A stretch of DNA of 64,000 nt from Lama guanicoe (Eukaryota): positions 567,079 through 631,078 of the forward strand of contig MU053352.1 of the NCBI GenBank assembly GCA_013239625.1, read 5' to 3'. The position numbers and the translations under genes were made by a program. Positions 51,449 through 63,185 of this stretch are shown here, in pieces (position 1 is the stretch's first letter; every line of letters starts with the position of its first letter). The notes under the pieces were generated by a model, which was not told the DNA's origin, made no database searches, and saw nothing but the letters and a program-made list of their open reading frames with translations.

Positions 51449-51637
51449 TCTTTTACTTGCACAGTGGTGGCATAGTTGGAGCAGGCACTCTCCACGGACA
51501 CGGAGAAGCCCCGCCTGCCCTCCGTGGTGGCCGGCATGGAGATGTGTGTGACGGAGTAGGGCAGCTGGTCCTGGACAGACTCCGTGGATAGCCTCTCAAA
51601 CATGGGGGCCAGCACCACCTCATTGTGGCATTTCCCG
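51449..51637 (-). CDS. LIMK2: LIMK2 exon 5 (end of LIM2, start of PDZ)
   Basis: GKCHNEVVLAPMFERLSTESVQDQLPYSVTHISMPATTEGRRGFSVSVESACSNYATTVQVK; 189 nt. Confidence 0.96.
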
Positions 51638-52117
51638 CTGCGGGGAGGAGCAAAAAGGGGGCTGAGATCCTGAAGCCCCGCCTTGAAGCCCCCAGCAACC
51701 CCATGGCTTCAAGCAATAATATCCATAGCCCCACAATCACCGTCCTTGCTGAGATTCCAGCAGGCCACTCAGAAAGCTGCCTGGGCTCTCTGGAGCGGAC
51801 TAGCACCTGGGGTGAGAGGGCCTGGGTTCTCCTCACCCTGCCTCTGCCTCACGAGGAGAACTGGGCCACTGCCTGTATGTCCTGTATCTCCAAGAGCCCC
51901 CTCCCAGTCATTCTGCCCCTCTGGGAGGAAGCGGAGCAGTGGCCTTATTCTCACAGTAGGACACAGGGCAGAGAGACTTTAATCGTCTTGCTTGCAGCTT
52001 TCAGAGCCGGTGAAGAGTGCTGACCCCCCGGCAGTCTTTCTGCCCAGCGCACACTGCCATTTGCCCCCTTCTCTCAGTCACTCTTGCAGGGAAGGGTGGA
52101 CGAAGGGCCGATCTTAC

Positions 52118-52227
52118 CAATAGAGGCTGGCGTGCTGCACCAGGGCGTACGCATCCCCATCTTCAATGATCACCTTGCAGCTCATACAAGCGAAGCACTC
52201 TGGGTGGTACTTGAACTCCCCAGCCAC
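52118..52227 (-). CDS. LIMK2: LIMK2 exon 4 (LIM2)
   Basis: [36 protein letters not shown]; 110 nt. Confidence 0.96.
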
Positions 52228-52925
52228 CTGTGAGCAGGTGGGGAGAAGGGTGGACAGACGGAGGAAGTGAGTTGTCACTGTTGCTGGAGCGAAGGTAGGG
52301 GTGGGTGGGTGAGGGACCTCCCATCAAGGGTCTACAGACCCTAGTCGTAATCTACCTTTGCACTCCCTGCCCTACGTCTTCCAGAGAAAGTGTTAGATTG
52401 CTGCCTCCCTGTCATTGCGGAGACTGCAAAAAGCTCTTTTGGTCTCAGCCATGGAAACAGGGAAGTAACCGCCCCGACTAGAAACGCTCCCAGTTCCTCC
52501 AACACAGGGCTGGCAGGTCTGTGACTAGATTTAGAGCCCTTAGGAGCAGGAAGGGGAGGAGGAACCTCCTCCCTTGGCCAGCCCATTCCAGGGTCTCCTT
52601 TTCTGATTCATGGGACACATCTTAGGTATAGCCTCCTCTCATCGACCTGGAACACCCCCCTTTAAGGCCCTTGTCCCATTGTACTGCGGCTCCTCCCTCC
52701 CTGCCTGCTTCCTCATCTACCCCAACACTGAACTGTTAAGTCTTTGAGGGAAAGGGCTTACCTGGCACTTACTAGGTGCTAAGGAAACATCTGTTAAGTG
52801 ATTGAATAAATAAAGGGAGTGATCTCAGCTGATGGGAGGACCAGAGGTGAATGGCCGTGGGAAACAGGAGGCACTGGCAGTGGGCTCCGGTGACCAGGAG
52901 GGCGGGGTGGGGGGGGCTCACTCAC

Positions 52926-53061
52926 CATGACGGGCCCTGTCATCAGCAGAGAGCACCCGTGGCAGAACTCCCCAAACTTCCCCCAGTAGTCCTTGTGGCA
53001 GTAAAGCTTGCCATCCTTCTCGTAGTACCAGTTGGTGAGGGAATCCTGGCATTCTGAGCAC
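52926..53061 (-). CDS. LIMK2: LIMK2 exon 3 (LIM1/LIM2)
   Basis: CSECQDSLTNWYYEKDGKLYCHKDYWGKFGEFCHGCSLLMTGPVM; 136 nt. Confidence 0.97.
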
Positions 53062-53559
53062 CTGAAAGGAAAACAGGAACAGAAAACCTCCTGGATCCTT
53101 GGAACGAGGCTACACAGGCTACCCCTGGTTCCCAGGCCTAACGATACAGTGGAGACACCTCCATCTGAGCCAAAGCCAGGATAGGGGAAAGGCACAGTTT
53201 GCTGCTATCTTCTTAAAGGAGGCCAGTTGGAGGAGGGAACAGGACCCTAGAAATCAGCTCTGTCCCACCTGCCTCAGCTGCAGACCAGCGTTCCTCAACC
53301 TTTCTGAGTCTTGAAGCCCTTTGAGAATCTAATTAACAGCCAAGAAGCCTCTCCCAGAAAAATGCACATACAAGGAAGATGTGCATACAATTTAGGTTAT
53401 GGGGCACCTGTGTGTCAAGGATTGAAGCCTACTCATGGCCCCAGTTAAGAACTTCTGGTCTAGACAGATATCGCGATGAACCAAAGAAGCTTAGTCACCT
53501 CCACTCTTCAAAACCCGCCCACTACCCACAGCATTACTGATGCAGCATTCTTGAGAAAA

Positions 53560-54100
53560 GTATGTTAAGCATAAAGAAACAATCAGGCAAATCCAGAAGG
53601 GGGCGGGTCACTGTATAAGACAACTGGTCTTGACTCTTCCGAAGAGCTAATGTTATGGGATGTCATGGGGTTAAGGCACAGGGATTAAAAAAGCCTAGAG
53701 ACACAGAAACCAAATGCGATACCTACACCTTGGACTCGATTCTGGATTGAAAAAGAAAGTAGCCATGAGTAACATTTTGGGAATATCTAAGGAAATCTGA
53801 ATTTGGACTATACATTAGATTATGCTGTGAAATTACTGTTAATTTTCTTAGGTGTGATAACAATACTTTGATTATATAGAAGAATTCGTAGAAAAAATAT
53901 TAAAGTAATAATTAAGGGGAAAGTCAAGATACCTGCAACTTAAACAGTTCAGTAAAAAATAAATGAATAAAACACAGTGTGTGTGTCTGTGTATAGATAA
54001 AGTGGCTTAAAGTTAACCAATGATGAATCTAGGTGAAGGTGTTCTTTGAACTATTCTTTCAACTTTTCTATGTATTTGAAAATTTTTCAAAATAAAATAT
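53560..54100 (+). mobile_element. Ancient L1MC/ME-type 3' UTR fragment
   Basis: caggcaaatccagaagg...ggaaatctgaatttggactatacattagat...gttaattttcttaggtgtgataa...tgaatctaggtgaagg. Confidence 0.7.
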
Positions 54101-54369
54101 CAGGGAGGGAACAAAACTCCATTAGCACTGTGCAAGACGTGCACGTTAGCCCCAGCTCCTCTCTCCACCGGTCACCCTGGGTCAAGCTGGGCTGGTCTCG
54201 GGCCACATTTGCACAGATACGCTCCTCCTCACATCTGATCCTGGCACCCACTGGGCCCATCCCACCCCTTTCCTCCTTGTTAACAGACTGTCCATTCTTG
54301 TCGTCAGGGCCTCGCACCGCCCACGCCGCCCATATCCTTGCTCCTGAGAGGCAGGGTGGAGCTGCCTCT

Positions 54370-54730
54370 TTGTCGGAATCCTGACCCTGCCACTTACTAG
54401 TTATGTCATCTTGGGCAAGTTACTGCACTTCTCTGACCCAGTTTCCTTATCTGTAAAGTGAACGTGAAATGACGTGTATTAGAGTATAGGTACTTTACAT
54501 GAAAGGCCCAGCGCAGTAGCAGGTTGGTAAGTGTGAACTACTATGAAAGATGATGGTGATAATGGAAGCTACATTCCCGGCCACTTACTGCCACTAGCTG
54601 GGTGGCTTCTGGACAGCCTCTCTCCATAGCTTTTCCTCACTGACAAAATGTGACTAACAGTATCCAGTACAGAGAGCCACTGTGAAGACTAAGTAAGTTA
54701 ATATATCAGGAAAGCCCTTTGCAAACTATG
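54370..54730 (+). mobile_element. Two adjacent MIR fragments (representative of many MIRs scattered through the window)
   Basis: gaatcctgaccctgccacttactag...ttgggcaagttac...cttctctga...cagtttccttatctgtaaa, the MIR core. Confidence 0.7.
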
Positions 54731-56567
54731 AAGGGCCAGGCAAGTGTATTATTATAGTAACTTGGCAGGCACTACAGAGAGAAAAGACAGATTATATAAA
54801 CTGCCCTACTCCATTTTCCAAGAGCTTATAAAGAGTTGGGGAAGAGAAAGTCTACACAGTACTTAATTAACAATGCAAGGTGAGAGGCCATGATGGGGCT
54901 TCTGCCAGGGGCCACTCCCATCCTGCAGCACCTCCCACTTGTCCTTTTGATGCTGAACCTCAGGGTCCTAAGAGCCGGGTCTGGCGTGACAAGTATGGGT
55001 ATGAAGTGCCCAGAATGATTAAGCAAGAACCACGAGTTACAGGAGGCGGACGGGAAGACCTGTCCCGGGCACGCAGCTCAAACTCCTTTCAACGTAAAGG
55101 CTGGACGAGCTCTGAAGCGGGAGGAGAGAGACCTGGGTTCAAGTTCTTGGGAACTACATGCCCCTGGACAAGCCCCTTTCCCTCTCTGGACCCACTTTTC
55201 CCACCTATAAATGAGAGAATTAGACAAAGACTTTCCCCTGGACGATCCAAGGCTCAAATCCCAGCACCACTTCCCACCTAAGTGATCCAGGGCCAGCTGC
55301 TTCACTCCTCATTTGTGAAATGGCAACATGACCACCGACTCTGAGGGTAGCAGGAAGGACTAAATTTGGTTCTGGGTGGCTGTAGGTGCCTGGCAGAGGG
55401 CTGGCACTAGAAGCAGGGGCTTCCTTCCTGCCTCCCACCTTCTCACTGAAAGCGCCTGACCACCTGTCTTCCTCCTTCACCACACTGAGCGCTCCCTGAG
55501 GACAGGACAGCATCCCTCTCACTCCTGGTAGACTTAGTACCTCGTAACGGGCCTGGCAGAGTAAGCTCTTAGCACATGTTTCTAAACTGAAAATGGTGGG
55601 AGTGGCAAACCAGCAGTCCAGGTGGGAGCATGGGGGTTCTATGGCTCAGGTCACCGGGACCCGTCCTTCTCCTGGCTGCAGGGGAGAAAAGCTGGTGAAG
55701 ACACACCTGCACCGAACTATAGGCCTGGGCCCTGTCACACCCTCGGGATGGTATGTGCGCTGCAGGGCCCGGGAGCACCAGAACATGTCCTCCTTTCCAC
55801 TGCCAATATCCTGCTTTTGTTGCCCCAGCCAGGCCCAGAGAGGAGCAAGTGCAGGCACGCAGGAGAGCCACGCCAGCCTCCTGCGAGGAACACCTGGCTG
55901 GAGAGCGACACCCCCCAAGACACACGTCTGTGTCAAGGAATGTCTCAAGGGCAAAGCCAGAGCCGGCCGCCAGTGTCCCTGAAGAGCAGGAAGGTGAACA
56001 GCTGATGGAAGGACTGGCTGCGGGTCCCCAGGCTGCTCTGTCACAGAACACAAGTGATTCCAGGCCCCTGGAGAAGTTGCCGGGCAGACCCAGAGTCTCA
56101 GCTCAGATATTAACAACGGCTACTGTTCCACAACTGCTAACCATAGTCTGGGCGCTGCATGAGGTGTCTACTTATCTAATTCCAACCATACCCCTAAGGT
56201 GACAGGATCATCCCTGTTTCACAGACTAGAAGACTGAAATTAGAGTCAAGTCACTTCTGGAAAGTCGCCCAATACACACACCATGGAGCTGGAATCTGAA
56301 CAAACGTGTGCTTGTCTGTGAAGCCGTTTCCACTGACGGCACGACATCCCCCGTGTGATGCACACACCCACTCAGCCGGAGCCCTGAAAGCACACGCCCC
56401 TTGAGCACTTAACACCTGGTGACGCTGCTCCTTAAGCCCAAGTACCCATGTTAAATGCACGAGGACTCTTCTCCTCCACTTAGTCCACAGTGGTCTCCGC
56501 CCTTTTAAGAAAAGAATCCAAAATACACTCTGGAAATGCGAGGTGCGACTCAAAAAAAAAATCCCAC

Positions 56568-56720
56568 TTACATTGTACAACACAGGGAATATATACAGGC
56601 ACTATTTTATAATAACTATAAATGGGATATAACCTTTAAAAATCGTGAATCACTATGTTGTGCACCTGAAACCTATATAACGTTGTACATCAACTATATC
56701 ATAATAAAAAACCACTGCAA
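56568..56720 (+). mobile_element. Short L1 3' end insertion
   Basis: tacaacacagggaatata...gaatcactatgttgtgcacctgaaac...; flanked by direct repeats (A)n-tcccac ending at 56567 and 56737. Confidence 0.8.
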
Positions 56721-59186
56721 AAAAAAAAAAATCCCACCTCAAGTTCTCAGGGGCGATGAGCCACAATATGTTCTCCCCAAAGTCGAAGCTTATTTCCAGC
56801 TTTCAGTTTTTGAAAGTTCCAAGTGAAGGTCAATGTCTGCCCAGGCTGCAGGCCTGGGAGCATCCAGCCTGGAGGTGGTGGGACTGGTGCTGGAGCCCAG
56901 ACCCCAGGGCTGAGGCATCAGCCATCCACACTCTCCTGAGCAGTGAAACCCCCAGCCAGGGGTGATCTCTGAGAGGCCCACTCACCTTGAGGACAACCTC
57001 CAGGACTCTTCCCAAGCACTACAGGGAGCCTGGGTGGCTACAAAGTGAATCGAGCCGTCGTGGTCAGTTCAATGGGCAGCTCAGACCCAAACTGAGGCCT
57101 TTTGAGTTAGCAGGGAACACACAGGTTAAAAAAAAAAAAATCAGCTGAGATTCTCACAAATAACTTCTTACAAGGCATGGGTTCATATTTTTTCTTTGCT
57201 GTTTACTATGTGTGTCACCGAAAGCCAGTTACTTCATGACTCTGGGCCTCAGTCTCCTCATCCGCACACCGGTGATGATAAAATCTCAAGGGGTTATGAG
57301 AATTAAAATGCCTAGCGTGATGCCTGGCCAACAGCAGGTGCCCAGCAGGTCCCACTCCCCCGCCTCCCTCTTTAATTTGAGAACACCAAGGGTGAAAGGA
57401 AACAGACCCCTTTCCCTCCCACGCCCAAGCAGTAGGGACCTGTTTCTTGGCCCAGAACCAAACAGATTTCTGGAAGTAGAGAAGATCCTAAAATGAATTA
57501 TTTGTCTAGCCAACTAGAAATCTATTGATTATTATCAATTCCTACCAATTAGGAAATAGCTACTGTGCATCTAGGATGTGCAAGACCAAAAAGGCAAGGT
57601 GCTGGAAGAAGCCAAGTGAGATAAGATAGAGGCCCAGCCTTCAGTCACATGCAAGTTCTTCAGACCAAATGTTTACAGGTAAATTTTCAACCTTATGTGG
57701 TAAGAGCACAGAACAGCCACTATTACAGTGAATTTGCACAGGTTAAAGAATAAGCCCTCCCATGTCCTGGTGACTGCCTGGTTGGATGCTCAGCCTTAGC
57801 CTCCTAAATGAGCAGAAAACAGCTGGGGAGAAGCTTCTTTCAGGCCCTGCCTCTGAGCTCTGACTAGCTGGATGGGAGACTGGGCAGGTCTCTGCCCTCA
57901 CCTGAGAGTGTCACGCCTGGGGATGCCAAGTCTCCCCCGGGCCCTGGAGGGCAGACAGACCAGGGCCCTCGAGACTCTGGTCCATCAGAGCCCAGTCTTC
58001 TACCACCACAGACCGCTTTATTACCTCTCCTGCCTGCAGACCCTATAGACAGGCTGTCAGTTAAGTTGTAATTATTATGGAATATGGTATTATCCTGTTT
58101 GAAAAAACTAACCAAATACATAATAAGCCTCTGATCAGCAAGAAATAAGTGTTGCCAGAGTGCGTTATTCAGTTCCAATCAAAAGCCAGGAAGCCTATAG
58201 TTGCAAAGTAATCTGCGCAGTTGCACTGCAGTTAGGAATAGAGCCTTCGTTACTTGGGAAAAATTGAAAAGTGCTTGTGTGTCTCTGAGGAGCCTCATGG
58301 GTTGCACAGTTGGGAACCATTCAACTGATTCAAGTCCTTCATTTTTCGAATGAGGAGGAAAAGGATCCCAGGGGACCTAAGGCACCTTCCAAATGTTACT
58401 GCCAAGCTGGGCAGGGTCAAGAATAGTTTTTCCTGTTAAATGTGGGTTGCTTTACACCAAGATGAACTTGTTTTCCTCAAGAGACAATATGTAAACCAAA
58501 CCCATTAAGTCAATGTTGGGCATTAAAGGAAGATCTATAAAAAGAAAAATCCTTGAAAGATACCAGACAAAAGTTACTCACAATTTACTTCTTTATAAAA
58601 TCCAATTTGAGGTGTTCTCTTACTTGCGCGCACATAGTAACTGCATCTCACCCCTCACACCAGAGGAAGACGGCGCACTCTGCTGAGTGAGATCTGCCAG
58701 GCAGGGGTGCCAGGGCACAGAAATCATTCTCCATCCCTGCTCCCTCCTCCCTCCCTTGTGCGTGGTCACGCCTGATCTTGTCCCTGTGGAATCCGGTTGC
58801 ATCACTCTCCTTGCAACCAGAGCCCCAGAACTCCTGTGGGTTCAAGGTCTGGGGTCAAGGACTTAATTTGTTCCACAGAACCTGGCAAGGGTTGTGTTCA
58901 GGAGCCCAGGAAGTGCAGTCCCTGTGCTCTGCGAAGGAGGAAACTGAATTCCAGGAAAGGGTCAGGCACCTGATCAGAGAGCAGCTCATGAAGACACCCT
59001 GTAATAAAGGATGGGGCAGGCAGTGACACTGGTGACTAATTAGACTGCTACCTGGGAGAGCAGAAGGTCTGGGTGGTCCCTCCCTGGGGGCACAGAGCCC
59101 CATGTGCGTGTGTGTGGCTCTCTCTTCAGAAGTGGCTTCAGGAATGTGGCCTCTTATCTAGGGGAGGGGAGAGGGTCTATGGCACA

Positions 59187-59211
59187 TCAGTCAGTCAGTC
59201 AGTCAGTCAGT
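59187..59211. repeat. (TCAG)6 microsatellite
   Basis: tcagtcagtcagtcagtcagtcag seen directly. Confidence 0.9.
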
Positions 59212-60973
59212 CCCCAGACTCCAGCTGGGCAAATAGAATTGGGGGGAGGGTTGTCAGGTTGCCCAGAGGGGGTGAGGCAGAATAAGACAAAGGACAGGCA
59301 GACTTGGGTGGTGTCAGTGGCCTGGCCCTCAAAGGTTCAGGCTGAGAGTTCATTATCTCTCTAGCTCCTGTCTTGGCCCCAGAGATTAAAAGGGGCACAC
59401 ATTCCTGGCTTATAAGGGAACAACCCCACCCCACCAAGCTGCCTATTCAGGATTAAGAGGAAGAGGGATTAATGAGGCCCTGGCTTAAACTAGTGGCTGC
59501 TTTAAACACTTGGCATCTTGATTCCATGTGGTAAAACCTGCCTCCTAAACACAAGATCAATTCCCACTAGCTCTTCCAAGGAGAACCTCTGCCATCCCTT
59601 CATATGCCAGGCAGCCATGGGGACCCTTTTTCTGCTCTCTCTCTCTGCTGGGAGAGGAAAGCAAACCCAAGAACGACCCTGGTGAGGTACAGGCAGGGGA
59701 GGTGCAGCCTCCTGAGGATGAGAGAGGAAACTCAGGATGACAGATGAGGCTGGCCAGAGACCCCACAAGTTAACACTGCTGAAACCAGTTGCTGCCTCTG
59801 TAAAATGGGGATACAAAATGTCTTGAGGCTGTTGAGAGACGGAGGGATAAAGTGCGTAGCAGGATGCTTGGCAGAGTCAGCCCTGAGGACCAGCTCCCAC
59901 CCTCCCAGGTCCCCGAGCCCTTGCTCAAACCCAGGGGTTTCCCACCACTCCACCAGGGGCTGGTAATTCTGTGAAACCACATGGTGTTCTGCTTTTTCTG
60001 CCCAGGACACGGCCACCTGACTAAGTATCCCAGCAGCGAAGTCTGGGCACGGGGCCGGGCTTGGGAAGCCAGAAGGGAGGAGTCGACCAGGACCACTGGT
60101 GAGGGGAGGCAGACCTGGGAACAAGCTGCTCCCAAAGAATGAAAACAAGCCCCACCCCAGCCAGGAATGGCTCCATTCAGTAGGGACCCAGAGGGCTAGA
60201 ACCCCCTGGGGAGTTTCTGTTGGAGGTGGGGTGGGGCAGAGAGCGAAGGCAGGCAGGTCAGAGGTAGACAGAACGTTTCCACATCTCCCTCTGCTAAGGC
60301 CCACAGAAGCTCAGGCCTGGGGACCCAGCAGGCCTGGGGGCTAGCCCCAGAGCATAGGTCACTCCAAAGCCAACTGCCCAGGTCTCACCTGCCCAGGCCT
60401 TTCCCCAGCAATCTTACTTGCCAGGGAGAGCAGAAGCCCTTAAAGGCCAGAGGCAGAGGTGAGAACAAACGTGTGTAATGAGAGTGCCTATGGTGTACAG
60501 GCTGCCCACACCCAGGCCTTGCCAGCTTCCATGCTGTTTGGCAAAACCTGCCTCTCCTGCTTGTTGGGACAGATTCCTGGGCAGGCGGCACGGCTGGCAG
60601 GTGAGACACGTGAGAGCTGGAAGGACAGCACCCTGTCTGTGCTCCTTCCCCGGAAGCAGTAGCACCAAGAGCAGGCCGGTCAGTGGCACCTTCTGGAGGC
60701 TCTTCCAGGTGAGTCAGAGAAGCAAGGAGAGCCCGAGCTCCCCTGGGGCTGCCCCCTGGGCCCACCCCTCACCTCACCATTCCCAGAACATGGTGGGGGG
60801 GCCTCGGGTAGCCCGGCTCACTTGGGAGCAGCTTCTACTGGCTCCTGCCTGACAGAAGCCACAGTCAAAGGATAAATGAAATCCGAGAAGCAGATTCAGG
60901 GAGGCCTCTGCCCGCCCCTCAGGACCAGGGGCCCAAAGAGGAGGTGGGGCAGGGGACTGAGAGTCCAACTCAC

Positions 60974-61026
60974 CGAAAGGGGTCTCTGGAGGTGAAGTAA
61001 GCCTGGATGGACAAGTAACTCCCCAT
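60974..61026 (-). CDS. LIMK2: LIMK2 alternative first exon 1b CDS (LIMK2b N-terminus)
   Basis: aagATGG; MGSYLSIQAYFTSRDPF + CG|gtgagt; splices in frame to exon 3; total CDS 1854 nt = 617 aa, the LIMK2b length. Confidence 0.93.
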
Positions 61027-61460
61027 CTTCTGCCCACACCAGATAAGCACGCTCAGCTGCAAACCCGCCTGGGAGAGCCTCCAGCCGGCAGCGGACGGCC
61101 ACCATGACAGGCCCAGGGCTCCGCACCGCTGGCTGTGGGCTGGCTGCCCGGCGCTCACCTCTCCCTCCGGAGCGGCTGGAGAGGCGTGAGCACTCCGGGC
61201 CCCTTGCCCCCCGGCAGACGCCCGTAGGGTCTCATGGCGGGGAGGGTTCCTCCCCGGTTCTCGGAAGCTGGGCGGTCCCTCAGGACTCGGGAGAAGCACC
61301 TCTCTGCGGAGGCTATGCGCACAGAGGCATTCCTGGGCAGGGGCCGGTGGCTAGCTAGAAAGAGGCGCTGCTGTCAAGTTAGCCTTCTTCTCCAGTCCCA
61401 CCCCTGACGGGGGAGGGAGGGAGGAAGGGGAGGGGCTCCGCGCCGAACGAGGTGTGTGGT
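61027..61460 (-). promoter_or_regulatory. LIMK2: CpG-rich LIMK2b promoter / 5' UTR
   Basis: Local CpG enrichment directly upstream of the exon 1b ATG; TSS not determinable. Confidence 0.65.
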
Positions 61461-62849
61461 TGGAGCAGCTATTAGGAAACAGACCTTGCAGGCAAGGGGT
61501 GGAGCTGAGCTGGAGGGAGGATGCAGGCAGGCGCTGCAGACAATGACCAGGACTGGCTGAGCGTCCATCCCTGGGCTCAGGGAAGGGCAGGGCCGGAGAG
61601 AGGGTGAGCACATGTGGCCCAAGTGTCCCCAGCCTGAAGAGCTACTCCAAGGACAGCAACTCTGCTCAGAGGTGAAGAAAAGCATAGGATACCAGCTCCA
61701 GGTCAAGCCACACCCCCAGAGAGGGGCCTCTGGCAGGAGGCAGGTCCAGAGAAAGCTGCCCTCTGGGCTCTCTGCTCTGGGCTGGCATATACTTAGTGCT
61801 AGCGCGTTGGTCCCCATTCATCCCTTCCCTCTGCCTGGCTTGCGGACAGCTCCAAGAGCTGCTAGCAGGGGCTGCTACTCTACCTGTGGGCAGAGCTGCA
61901 CTGCAGACTAGGAACAAGGCCCAGAATGTTAACCGACACCTGCCATTTCTCCATGTGGTAAACGCCATACAACACTCTTATTTCTCCGACAAGGGAATTA
62001 TCTCCATGGTATAAACAAGGAAAGTGAGGTACAGAGAGATTAGGTAACTTACCCAGGGCCAGAAAATTAGTCAGTGGCAGTGCTGGGATTTAAATGCAGA
62101 TTCAAAGAGAAACACCTCCCTCAAAGCCCTTCTGCAGGTAGAAGGGAGCACAGGGACTGGAGCCAGGTCACCCGTCCCCTCTCTCTTTCATTTCCAGAAT
62201 GCCAGCCATCGGCCTCAGCAGGCAGTGGTGCTTCTTCCACTGTGTCCATGGTAACCAAGCTTCTCAAACCGAAAAGCAGGGCACGATGGAGGACAAGGCC
62301 CAGGGTGCCTGTGGGGAATGACTGGCCAGGTATCTGGAATGGGGGCTGCATGAAGAGCCCCAGCTGCTCTGACCAAACCAGAGCCCACCATCAGGGGAGC
62401 CCCAACCTCCCTGGCCTGCAGAAGACTTAGGCACATCCAGACCTCACTGCTGGGCTTGAGGGAGCAACACCAGCTCCCTCCCACCAGGCACACACTCCTC
62501 GCCACTGAAGTTACCCTGTCACCACGAACAGGAAAGCCTGTGGCAAAGGTGGCGGCTGGATGTCAAAGCCTTTTCCCATTCCTGGACTGATTGAGCACAC
62601 GGATAACAAAGAATGTGATAAGAGATGGTGTTTGCACCCTGCTGTAAGCTAGCATTTCTGAGCACTTAGTACATTCCAGGCCCTGTGCTAAGTGCCCTGC
62701 ATCTGTTCTGTCATACTTTAGTGACCAATATTTGAGGCAGATGTTATCACCCCCATTTAACAGAGGATGAAACTGAGGTTCTGAGGGTTGTGTCACTACC
62801 CTGAAGACAAACAGCTGGAGGAGGGGAGCTGGGTTTCAACCTAGTAAGA

Positions 62850-63185
62850 GTCAGGGTTGAGACATTTTTTTCTGTAAAGAGCCAGAGAGCAAATATTTTA
62901 GGCTTTGCAGACCTACAGAAATACAGACTCTGTCATAGATACTCAACTCTGTCACAGCTACTCAACTCTGTCACTGCAGCACAAAAGTGGCTGTCTATAA
63001 AATGTAAACAAATGGATGTGGCTCTGTTCCAATGAAACTTTATTTATGGACACTGAAATTTGAATTTCATGCAATTTTCATGTGTCACAAAATATTCTTT
63101 TGCTTTCCTCCTTCAACCATTTAAAAATATAAAACTCTTCAGCCGTACAAAGACAGGCAGGGTCCAGAGTGCTGACCTCTGCTCC
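62850..63185. mobile_element. MER58B-like hAT-Charlie MITE
   Basis: tttttctgtaaagagccaga...aaatattttaggctttgcag...gtggctctgttccaatgaaactttatttatggacactgaaatttgaatttcat. Confidence 0.85.
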
